A stretch of DNA of 49,283 bases, taken from positions 1-49,283 of the forward strand of contig JBLWVX010000019.1 of the NCBI GenBank assembly GCA_048268245.1. The letters are read 5' to 3'. The notes beneath the pieces were generated by a model. That model worked only from the letters and a program-made list of their open reading frames with translations. It was not told where the DNA came from and did no database searches. Below are positions 39,260 through 47,046 of the stretch, one piece after another; the first letter of the stretch is position 1, and each line of letters starts with the position of its first letter. The stretch is from Arcobacteraceae bacterium (GTDB lineage Bacteria > Campylobacterota > Campylobacteria > Campylobacterales > Arcobacteraceae). The position numbers were made by a program, and so were the translations under genes.

Positions 39260-39964
39260 TCTTGCATAGAAAGTGTTGTTTATATCAATTGTAATACCAT
39301 TTATATATTCAGGACAATCCGTTGCTAACCATACAATAGCCTTTGCAACCTCTTCAGGTTCTGCAAATCTATTTGTAACAACTGCTGCTTTAAATGCTGC
39401 TTTTCTTTTTTCATCATTGTCATTTTGCATATCAGTTTCTGCTGCACTTGGAGCTACACAATTTACTGTAATACCATCACTTCCAAGAAGTTTTCCATAG
39501 ATTTTTGTAGCATTTATAAGTCCAGCTTTTGCAATACCATACCATACATCAGGGTGACCTATTTGACCTGCTATTGAAGCTGTATTTACTATTCTTCCAA
39601 ATTTTCTTTTTTTCATACCAACACTAAAAAGATTCATAAGTTCAACTGGTGCATGTAAGTCTACATTCATCAAGTGTTCTTTTGCTTCTTTTGGGTATTT
39701 GTCATAAGTATATTTTGGTTGCATGTAACCTGCATTGTTTATAAGTACATCAATTTCACCTACTTTTTTAGCTAAAGCTGGTAAGTTCTCTATATCTGAT
39801 AAATCATACTGTATTTCAGTTACATCTGGTAGTCCACCTAACTGAAAATTATCAAAGTTTCTAGCCACTACTATAATCTCATAGTCAAGTTCTAAAAGTG
39901 CTGCTGATACGGCTAAACCAATACCTTTATTTCCACCTGTGATTAAAGCTCTTTTTTTACTCAT
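39257..39964 (-). CDS. Short-chain dehydrogenase/reductase (FabG-like)
   Basis: TGGNKGIG, NNAG, catalytic YGIAK (YxxxK). Confidence 0.93.
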   Translation of the reverse strand: MSKKRALITGGNKGIGLAVSAALLELDYEIIVVARNFDNFQLGGLPDVTEIQYDLSDIENLPALAKKVGEIDVLINNAGYMQPKYTYDKYPKEAKEHLMNVDLHAPVELMNLFSVGMKKRKFGRIVNTASIAGQIGHPDVWYGIAKAGLINATKIYGKLLGSDGITVNCVAPSAAETDMQNDNDEKRKAAFKAAVVTNRFAEPEEVAKAIVWLATDCPEYINGITIDINNTFYAR

Positions 39965-40044
39965 AATTATCTCTCCATAATTTTTATATGAGTTAAGTAT
40001 ATAAAGGCTTTGGTTTTAAATCTCTTAAATTTTAGTCAGGTATT

Positions 40045-40143
40045 TTAAAAAGTATACCAATCATCCTCTTCTTCATCACTTGAAGTTTCAATTGGTTTTT
40101 CATTTGTTGCTTTACATGTAAGTTTTAAAGGGTAGTTTTTCAT
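40045..40143 (-). CDS. Unannotated 32-aa peptide MKNYPLKLTCKATNEKPIETSSDEEEDDWYTF
   Basis: ATG, AGGAG RBS 9 nt upstream, TAAAAT -10 at 40176-40181; C-terminus resembles chemoreceptor xWxxF pentapeptide. Confidence 0.55.
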   Translation of the reverse strand: MKNYPLKLTCKATNEKPIETSSDEEEDDWYTF

Positions 40144-40182
40144 TTGAAGTATCTCCTGTATTTCTTATGGAGATTATTTTAT

Positions 40183-40226
40183 AAAAAAAGGGTATTAAAA
40201 AGGTATCTTTTTAATACCCTTTTTTT
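40183..40226. repeat. Perfect 20-bp inverted repeat, terminator-like on both strands
   Basis: aaaaaaagggtattaaaaag-gtat-ctttttaatacccttttttt. Confidence 0.8.
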
Positions 40227-40382
40227 CTAATTATATCAATTAGTACTTTTTCTATTTTTAGTTCTCTAAAGTCATTTGAAAAATCTGAAGTATTGTTTGT
40301 AAATAAAAAAGTAATTCTTAAAATAATACAAGCTTTTTTATTGAATTTGGAAGTAGAATCTACATAATTTATGAAAAACTAG

Positions 40383-40414
40383 AAATAAAACACGAAAAAA
40401 TTCGTGTTTTATTT
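40383..40414 (-). terminator. Terminator of the imelysin-MauG operon
   Basis: aaataaaacacgaa-aaaa-ttcgtgttttattt overlapping the stop codon. Confidence 0.7.
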
Positions 40415-41569
40415 TTCAAGTAGATGTTCATATTTTTTATCAGTAAGAAGTTTCATAAAAGCAACTAAAGCTTCTACTTTTCTATCACTTTGCTTTTTAG
40501 CTTTAAGCTCTTCTAGTGAGATAGTCTCTTTTACTTCTGGCTTATCCCAAGGTTTATTTGTTTCAGGATTTAAAACTCTTGCAGGATTATTGTATTTATC
40601 ATAAAATTCAACTACTGTTTTTAAGTCTTTAAATACACCATTATGCATATAAGGTGCTGTTACTGCTACATTTCTTAGTGTTGGAACTTTATATTTTCCT
40701 TTATGTTTTTCATCACTTACTGCTGGGTTATTTAAAAGTCCCTTATCTATTGCTGTTACTCCATTTTTTGCTCTAAGTTCGTGATTTATTGGAACTCCAA
40801 TATTATGATACTCATAATTTGTAAATGTCTCACCTAACTTATCTTCACCTTTTAGTACATGACAAGTTGCACAAGAGTTATTGTTGTTTGAGAAAAATAG
40901 TGTTCTCCCTAAATCCTCTAATACAGTTAATTCATACTCGCCTTTTAAATATCTATCATATTTTGAATCAAATGGTGAGAATTCATCTGTCATTTCAAAC
41001 TTCTCTATTGCATCTGCCATTGCTTTATAAGCTTCTTCATTTGAGCTGAAAATATCTTTTCCATAAACCTCTTTAAATGTTTTCACATAATAAGGATTTT
41101 CTTTGATTCTATCAACTACAGCTTTTTTACTTGGCATTCCCATTTCAATTGGATTTGTAGGAGGCCCACCTGCTTGACCTGCTAGAGTTGCTTCTCTACC
41201 ATCCCAAAACTGTCCACCTATATACTTTTGTTTTTTCTCATCAAAATGAAACTTTGGTGAGAACTTAGCATACGCTGCACTTGGAGCTTGTCTATCCCCT
41301 AATGATTTTCCATCATCTCCAAGAGAAGCCATTGCACCTATTGTGTTATCCCTGTCATCTGCAAATCCTTTTTGGGGATTGTGACAAGTTGAACATGATT
41401 GAGTTCTATTTTTTGATAAATTTACATCAAAAAACAGTGATCTTCCTAAATCCTCTTTTACTTTTAAGTTTGCTAACTTTTGAGCTTTTGAAACCTCAGC
41501 ATTATTTACACAAGCTGTAAACAATAAAGCAACACTCGCTGTTAAGGCAAATGATTTTAAATATTTCAT
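40409..41569 (-). CDS. MauG-type di-heme cytochrome c peroxidase-family lipoprotein
   Basis: Lipobox FTAC; CSTCH and CATCH; GGQFWDGR, NPIEM, KVPTLRNVAVTAPYMHNG...FY. Confidence 0.9.
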   Translation of the reverse strand: MKYLKSFALTASVALLFTACVNNAEVSKAQKLANLKVKEDLGRSLFFDVNLSKNRTQSCSTCHNPQKGFADDRDNTIGAMASLGDDGKSLGDRQAPSAAYAKFSPKFHFDEKKQKYIGGQFWDGREATLAGQAGGPPTNPIEMGMPSKKAVVDRIKENPYYVKTFKEVYGKDIFSSNEEAYKAMADAIEKFEMTDEFSPFDSKYDRYLKGEYELTVLEDLGRTLFFSNNNNSCATCHVLKGEDKLGETFTNYEYHNIGVPINHELRAKNGVTAIDKGLLNNPAVSDEKHKGKYKVPTLRNVAVTAPYMHNGVFKDLKTVVEFYDKYNNPARVLNPETNKPWDKPEVKETISLEELKAKKQSDRKVEALVAFMKLLTDKKYEHLLEK

Positions 41570-42471
41570 TACCTCTTACCTCCTACTAAATTTTTAAATG
41601 GTGCTATTATTAAATTTGCTATTGAATTGTACTGATTCATTTGTTCACGTCTAAGTCCAAACTTTAAAACTTTTACATCTTTTGAAAATCTCAAAGTGCC
41701 AAAAGCCCAATCCCAAATAGCTAAATATCCTCCATAGTTTTTATCAAAATGTTTTTTACTATGGTGTATTTGGTGTTGCTTAGGTGAGATAAAAAATCTC
41801 TCCAAAAATTTAGAATAAGAAAAAGCCACGTGAGAATGTCTTAAGTTAGAACCTATTAAAGAAAAAGCAAATACAAATACATTTACCCCTAAAATAGCAT
41901 ATACATCAATCATCGCACCAAAAAAGTATATAAACACCCCTGTTACAAGTCCAATACTAAGTGAATATCTAAGTCCAAAAAGTAGATTTTCAATAGGGTG
42001 AACCCTATAAAAAGTAATAGGTGTTAATACCTTTGCGCTGTGATGAATCTTGTGAAATTCCCACAAGAAAGGAATAGTATGTAAAAATCTGTGAGTCCAA
42101 TATCTAGTGAAATCACTCACAACAAACAAACAAATAGTATACATAAGTAAAACAGCCTCATAAGAAAAGAAGGTGTTTTCATAAAAATCAAATGATAAAT
42201 AAAGCTGTTTGTTTATAAATAAAGCGATAGTTTTTGCACTTATTACTATAGGAAATAACATAAATACCTTTATAAAATAACCAATAAAAAAGTAATAATA
42301 ATCAAGCTTAGCACTAGGATGTAACCAAAGCTTTGAAGATAGATTTACTTTTAATTGTTTTTTATTAAAATAAAAATATATCCCTGCTATTAAAATAGAA
42401 GATAAAATATAAACCCAAAAAACTCTTTTATTTGGGTTTACAAAATACTCTAGTGCAAAAAAATCGCTCAA
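41569..42471 (-). CDS. Sterol desaturase / fatty-acid hydroxylase family membrane di-iron enzyme
   Basis: His boxes HRFLH, HKIHH, HQIHH; NYGG...WD; TTG start with GGAG RBS. Confidence 0.88.
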   Translation of the reverse strand: MSDFFALEYFVNPNKRVFWVYILSSILIAGIYFYFNKKQLKVNLSSKLWLHPSAKLDYYYFFIGYFIKVFMLFPIVISAKTIALFINKQLYLSFDFYENTFFSYEAVLLMYTICLFVVSDFTRYWTHRFLHTIPFLWEFHKIHHSAKVLTPITFYRVHPIENLLFGLRYSLSIGLVTGVFIYFFGAMIDVYAILGVNVFVFAFSLIGSNLRHSHVAFSYSKFLERFFISPKQHQIHHSKKHFDKNYGGYLAIWDWAFGTLRFSKDVKVLKFGLRREQMNQYNSIANLIIAPFKNLVGGKR

Positions 42472-42474
42472 CTT

Positions 42475-43416
42475 TTAATCTCCATCAGCATCAAGAATTT
42501 TTGCAGTTACAGCTAAATCTTCCACTAAAGATAAATAGTAAGTATTATGAAGTTCTTTTGTTGCTTCATATAAAGGTTTTGCTTTTGAGAAATCATCATT
42601 TTTATAGTTTTTTAACTCTTTTAATGATTTATTTAAAGCCTCTTGTGCTTCTATAATAGCTCTTTTAGCACCTGCATTTTTAGCCATTGTTGCAAAGTTT
42701 TCGTAAGATTTATCTCCTATTACCTCATCATGAGCTTTTAAAATAGCTTTTATTGCATTTAGTGAGTTTTTACTTAGATAATACTCAGCTCTTTGATTTT
42801 TTGGGTCATTTTTATATTTTGCAGCAAATCCAGATGGTTCACCAACTCTCCACTCTCTTAATCTGTAAGAACTTGAAATAAGTGTATTTATAACAAGTGA
42901 ATTTTCCCACTTCTCACTTTTTGAACCTACTTTTAAATACTCTTTATATACCTCTTTTATATCTTCTAAATTTGAAATAATAGTATCTAAGATATTTACA
43001 GCAAGAAGTTTTTCTCTTTTTGTGATTGTTTCATCATTGAAAAGTACATACTCTAAAGCATTTATAGTTCTAAATGAGTTCTTGAAAAGTGCAACTCGTG
43101 GTTCATCATTTGAATCAATTGCTCTTTGCATTTGTTCACTTAAATCCTCTTTTAGATTATGGTACACATCTATATATCTTGGTGTATCAATATAGTTTTC
43201 ATCAAAATCACCTGCAAAGTATAAAGCTTCTACTTTTTTCCAATCTGACACTAATTTTTCAAAATTTTTTTTGTTTGTATTTTCTTTTAAACTCTTTGCA
43301 GACTCTATTGTTTTATTTACATTTGGAACTGATACATTTTCTAAAATCGAGTGTAAACTAGTTTGCGCAAACATACTTGTTGCTAAAAATACTGTTGTTA
43401 TTAATAATTTTTTCAT
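42475..43416 (-). CDS. Imelysin-family periplasmic protein with degenerate metal motif
   Basis: Signal peptide; TINALEYVLF in place of GxHxxE; C-terminal DADGD. Confidence 0.78.
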   Translation of the reverse strand: MKKLLITTVFLATSMFAQTSLHSILENVSVPNVNKTIESAKSLKENTNKKNFEKLVSDWKKVEALYFAGDFDENYIDTPRYIDVYHNLKEDLSEQMQRAIDSNDEPRVALFKNSFRTINALEYVLFNDETITKREKLLAVNILDTIISNLEDIKEVYKEYLKVGSKSEKWENSLVINTLISSSYRLREWRVGEPSGFAAKYKNDPKNQRAEYYLSKNSLNAIKAILKAHDEVIGDKSYENFATMAKNAGAKRAIIEAQEALNKSLKELKNYKNDDFSKAKPLYEATKELHNTYYLSLVEDLAVTAKILDADGD

Positions 43417-44819
43417 TATAACCTTTCTAAAAATTTAATTAATTTTTCTCTTTGTTCTTTTGAAGCACGCATATATTTTTGTTTCGATATTTCTGCTTCA
43501 CCACCATGCCAAAGTATTGCTTCTTGGAAATCTCTTGCTCTTCCATCATGTAAAAGTCTTGGCTTTTTTTTATTTATCTTTTCATGAAGAGCTAATCCCC
43601 ATAAAGGTGCAGTTCTAAACTCTCTTTCATTGGCTTTAAATTCAACTCTTCCATCACTTAAGCCCTCACCCATATCGTGTAAAAGCATATTAGTAAAAGG
43701 AGAGATACTAAAACCATCAATAGTTTTCAAGCTTGTTTTATGACATTTAGCACAATCTAAGCTTTTAAAAACCTCTAAACCTTCCATATATTGTTTATCT
43801 TCTTTAGGTTTATATGCTTTTAAATTTCTTATATAAAAATCAATAGCACCTAATCTTTCATCTGTAATATCTTTTTTATGCCATGGTTTTGGTGCTTCAT
43901 TACAAAGTTTTTGACTTGATGTACAATTTTCATTTGGCTGTAAAAAAGTTGTTAAGCCCATGTCATTGTTTGCTGCAGCTGCTATTTGCTCTATAACAGT
44001 GGCAGCACTAGCTTTCCATGTGTATCTTCCAATCTCTTCTTTTTTTGTAAGAGGAGAATAAACTCTATTAGCTCTCCCTGAAATACCATCACCATCTTTG
44101 TCAAACTCATCTTCATTTGATAAAATCTCTTCATCTGATACTTTTTCTAATAATCCTAAACCATTTAAAGATTGAGCCATTCTATAAGTTATGGCTGTAT
44201 TTTTTGCAAGCTTGCCATAGTTTTTATCAATAAGTTCATATTTTGGTTTTAAAATAGTATCAACTTCTCCATCAGGAAACTGCACTTTTATCTCTTCAAA
44301 TTTCACATCAACTCTTGCTTCAAAAGGTACACCGTGTATTCCATTAACTGATATTTGAGAACCATATGTTGGCTCAGGAACAAAGCCTTGTTTTTCAAAT
44401 AGTTTTTTATGTTCTTTTGAATTATCAAAAGGAATAGATAGTCTTGCTACAAGTGACCTTGAAGGTTTCATTTTATTATTGTATAAATTACCTCTTCCAT
44501 TTCTTGGATGACATGACACACAAGTATTTGAGTTAAAAAGAGGTCCTAAACCATCTCTTGCTGTTGTTGCACTTGGGGCTTCTACCCAAGGTATTACAAA
44601 AAAGCTTCTTCCTAAAATAAACTGATCGTATTGCTCATCATTTAAGCCTTTTACAGGTTTTTCAAGCAACGACTTATTTTTTTCTGTTGAGAAATATTTG
44701 CCCTCATTATTAACGGCAAAAAGCCCTGTAGCAAAAATTGCTACAAGGCTTTTAGTTAAAATAACTTTTTGTAATAAAAATAAACTAGATTTGTGTTTCT
44801 TCTGCATCTGTAACATCAT
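43416..44819 (-). CDS. Di-heme oxidoreductase (DHOR) family protein; start uncertain
   Basis: DGLGPLFN, CVSCH, DGDGISGR, CAKCH, LLHDMG, TAPLWG, LLHDGRAR. Confidence 0.88.
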   Translation of the reverse strand: MMLQMQKKHKSSLFLLQKVILTKSLVAIFATGLFAVNNEGKYFSTEKNKSLLEKPVKGLNDEQYDQFILGRSFFVIPWVEAPSATTARDGLGPLFNSNTCVSCHPRNGRGNLYNNKMKPSRSLVARLSIPFDNSKEHKKLFEKQGFVPEPTYGSQISVNGIHGVPFEARVDVKFEEIKVQFPDGEVDTILKPKYELIDKNYGKLAKNTAITYRMAQSLNGLGLLEKVSDEEILSNEDEFDKDGDGISGRANRVYSPLTKKEEIGRYTWKASAATVIEQIAAAANNDMGLTTFLQPNENCTSSQKLCNEAPKPWHKKDITDERLGAIDFYIRNLKAYKPKEDKQYMEGLEVFKSLDCAKCHKTSLKTIDGFSISPFTNMLLHDMGEGLSDGRVEFKANEREFRTAPLWGLALHEKINKKKPRLLHDGRARDFQEAILWHGGEAEISKQKYMRASKEQREKLIKFLERL

Positions 44820-46140
44820 CTGTTGTTAAACTAATTCCATTTGCAGCAGCAACATTTACCATCTCATCACCTAATTTTCTCATCTCATTTTTAAGTTTTA
44901 CAATAACTTTTGCTTGAGGGTTACCTGGTTGAATTTGGTAATCAAAATGTTGTTTAGTTTTTGCCATTTCGTCTACTAAATTAATCTTAGCTTCAATTGA
45001 TGCCATTTTATTTAAGATTCTTTGTTTAGTTTGAGCATCAACTGCATCTAATAATGAAGGACCAAAATTTTTACCATTGTATGTAGAAGTTAAAGCGTTT
45101 CTAAATCCTAAGTAATTCATAGCAATATCTCTATGTGTATTATCAGAGAAACAAGAGTGCTCATCTTCTTCTGATGGAGTTAAAACTGCAACAGCAATTC
45201 TTTCATTTGCTAATTCAGATTTGATAAATACACCCATTCCTGCAATGATTTGTTTTAAAGCCTCTTCTTTTGAAATATTTTTAGAAGCATTATCACCTGA
45301 AAGTTTACCTTGTAATGCTGCTTGATATAATCCAGCTGTACCATTTACTTCTTTTTCCCAAGCTGATTTTACAATTTTTAAATCAGATACGATTTTATCT
45401 GCTGCTGCTTGTAAATATGCAATTCTTCTGTCAGCATTTTTATCAACTGTAAAGTCTGTTAAACTTCTTTGACCTGCAGTTAAAGCTCCATTTGTAACTG
45501 AGTCTTTAATAAAGTTAGAATAATCTTGGTCTTGTCCCCATAATAAGAATTCAATTGCATGGTATCCAGTAGATACATTTGCATCTCCACCATTTTCATT
45601 TAACGCTGTTAGTGCATCAACTGTGATTTTCTTAACATCTACAGCTTGTGCATCTTCACCACCTGGATTAAATACACCTGCTGTATCTATAATATTTCCA
45701 GAAGTTTTATTTCCATTTGCATCAATAGTATAATCAATCATATTTTCATCTAAAGGCCAAGCATTTAACTGTCCTTCAAGTGAGCCATAAGCATCTGCAA
45801 CCCATCCTTCTTCAGCATCAATAGGTCCATTTGATAATCTAAAGATTTCAGTTTGACCATATGATTCTCTTGAAATCAACCAAGCTTTTTTTGCTTGCTC
45901 AAAAGTATATTTATTTGGTTTTGAAGCAAAAGCGTCAATTCTAAATTTTAAGTTAATTGCATCATTTAACGCATCATTGTAATTTGCAAGTGCAATATTT
46001 GAGTATGCACCTAAGATTGTATTTGCTTGTTGTGTCATTTGTGTTGGTGTAGTACTTTGAGATGATGTAGCACAACCAGTTAAAGCTAAAGCAGCTACTA
46101 CAGATAAAGAAGCTACAAAAATTTTAGTTTTATTAAACAT
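44785..46140 (-). CDS. Iron-regulated imelysin-family lipoprotein (IrpA/IcmP-like)
   Basis: Start moved to MFNKTK (AAGGAA RBS); lipobox LTGC; LNAWP, GYHAIEFLLWGQD, EDEHSCFSDNT. Confidence 0.9.
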   Translation of the reverse strand: MFNKTKIFVASLSVVAALALTGCATSSQSTTPTQMTQQANTILGAYSNIALANYNDALNDAINLKFRIDAFASKPNKYTFEQAKKAWLISRESYGQTEIFRLSNGPIDAEEGWVADAYGSLEGQLNAWPLDENMIDYTIDANGNKTSGNIIDTAGVFNPGGEDAQAVDVKKITVDALTALNENGGDANVSTGYHAIEFLLWGQDQDYSNFIKDSVTNGALTAGQRSLTDFTVDKNADRRIAYLQAAADKIVSDLKIVKSAWEKEVNGTAGLYQAALQGKLSGDNASKNISKEEALKQIIAGMGVFIKSELANERIAVAVLTPSEEDEHSCFSDNTHRDIAMNYLGFRNALTSTYNGKNFGPSLLDAVDAQTKQRILNKMASIEAKINLVDEMAKTKQHFDYQIQPGNPQAKVIVKLKNEMRKLGDEMVNVAAANGISLTTDDVTDAEETQI

Positions 46141-46160
46141 TATGTTCCTTTTTTTAATTT

Positions 46161-46235
46161 TAATATCAATTATCATTAATGTAATTAAATCTAAAAAAAC
46201 CTTTTAATAAACTTAAAAATGATAATAATTATCAT
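46161..46235. promoter_or_regulatory. Fur boxes upstream of the imelysin operon
   Basis: Perfect ATGATAAT-A-ATTATCAT at 46219-46235; weaker copy at 46161-46175. Confidence 0.85.
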
Positions 46236-46325
46236 AACAATAAAATATTTAAGATATAATTTAAGTGAATAAACCTATACTTAAATTTATAAGACATACT
46301 AATATAATAATACAAAGGAGCTAGT

Positions 46326-47024
46326 ATGTTTAAATTTATTTTATTAATATTAGGTGTTTCTTTAAGTTTATATGCAGTAAAACCCATAGCCTTACAATAT
46401 AGTGGTTTTGAAGTTACGCATACCTACTCAAATAACACAAAAGAAAAATATACAATAGAGAGAAAAGTAAATGAAAGTTGTCTAGGAATTGGTATTAGTC
46501 CATATTTTTTTGATGAAGAGTATATAAAAGAAGAGATTGATGAGTCTTGTAAAAAAGTTTTTATAACAACTACAGGAGCCATTCAAAATAATGAGATTGA
46601 TAAAGATATAAAAAACTTAGGTGAAAATGAGCTAATGCATTTTATTTACTCAAAATCAGCTAAAAACCCTGACAAATATATCTTAGTTGATTCAAGAAAT
46701 AAAGCATGGTTTGACTTTGCAACTATTCCAAGTGCTGTAAATATTTACTATGATGATTTAAAATATGATTTTGATTTTGAAGAGGATTTTTATAGAGCTT
46801 ACAAGCTTCTAGGTGTAAAAGTAATCGATGATGATAAATTTGATTTTACAAATGCAAAAACAGCAGTTTTTTTCTGTAATGGAGCTTGGTGTCCCCTCTC
46901 TTCAAAAAGTATCAGACATCTAATAAGCATAGGTTATCCAAAAGAAAAACTTCTTTGGTATAGAGGTGGTGTTCATGCTTGGAGTATGGTAGCACTTCCT
47001 TTAACAAAAAAATTAAAAGAGTAA
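46326..47024 (+). CDS. Exported rhodanese-domain protein
   Basis: Signal peptide; LVDSR, TIPSAVNI, FCNGAWC, WYRGG...W. Confidence 0.88.
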   Translation: MFKFILLILGVSLSLYAVKPIALQYSGFEVTHTYSNNTKEKYTIERKVNESCLGIGISPYFFDEEYIKEEIDESCKKVFITTTGAIQNNEIDKDIKNLGENELMHFIYSKSAKNPDKYILVDSRNKAWFDFATIPSAVNIYYDDLKYDFDFEEDFYRAYKLLGVKVIDDDKFDFTNAKTAVFFCNGAWCPLSSKSIRHLISIGYPKEKLLWYRGGVHAWSMVALPLTKKLKE

Positions 47025-47042
47025 GATTTTCTTACTCTTTTA
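47014..47042. terminator. Bidirectional terminator
   Basis: taaaagagtaaga-ttt-tcttactctttta between convergent genes. Confidence 0.7.
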
Positions 47043-47046
47043 GCTT

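Noticed and set aside
40194..40370. Start-less minus-strand open frame ending ...DFRELKIEKVLIDIIRKKGY
   Set aside because: No start codon, RBS or recognisable motif
46141..46176. Upstream start of the imelysin ORF given in the track
   Set aside because: It overlaps a Fur-like box and lacks an RBS; the ATG at 46140 has an RBS and gives a normal lipoprotein signal
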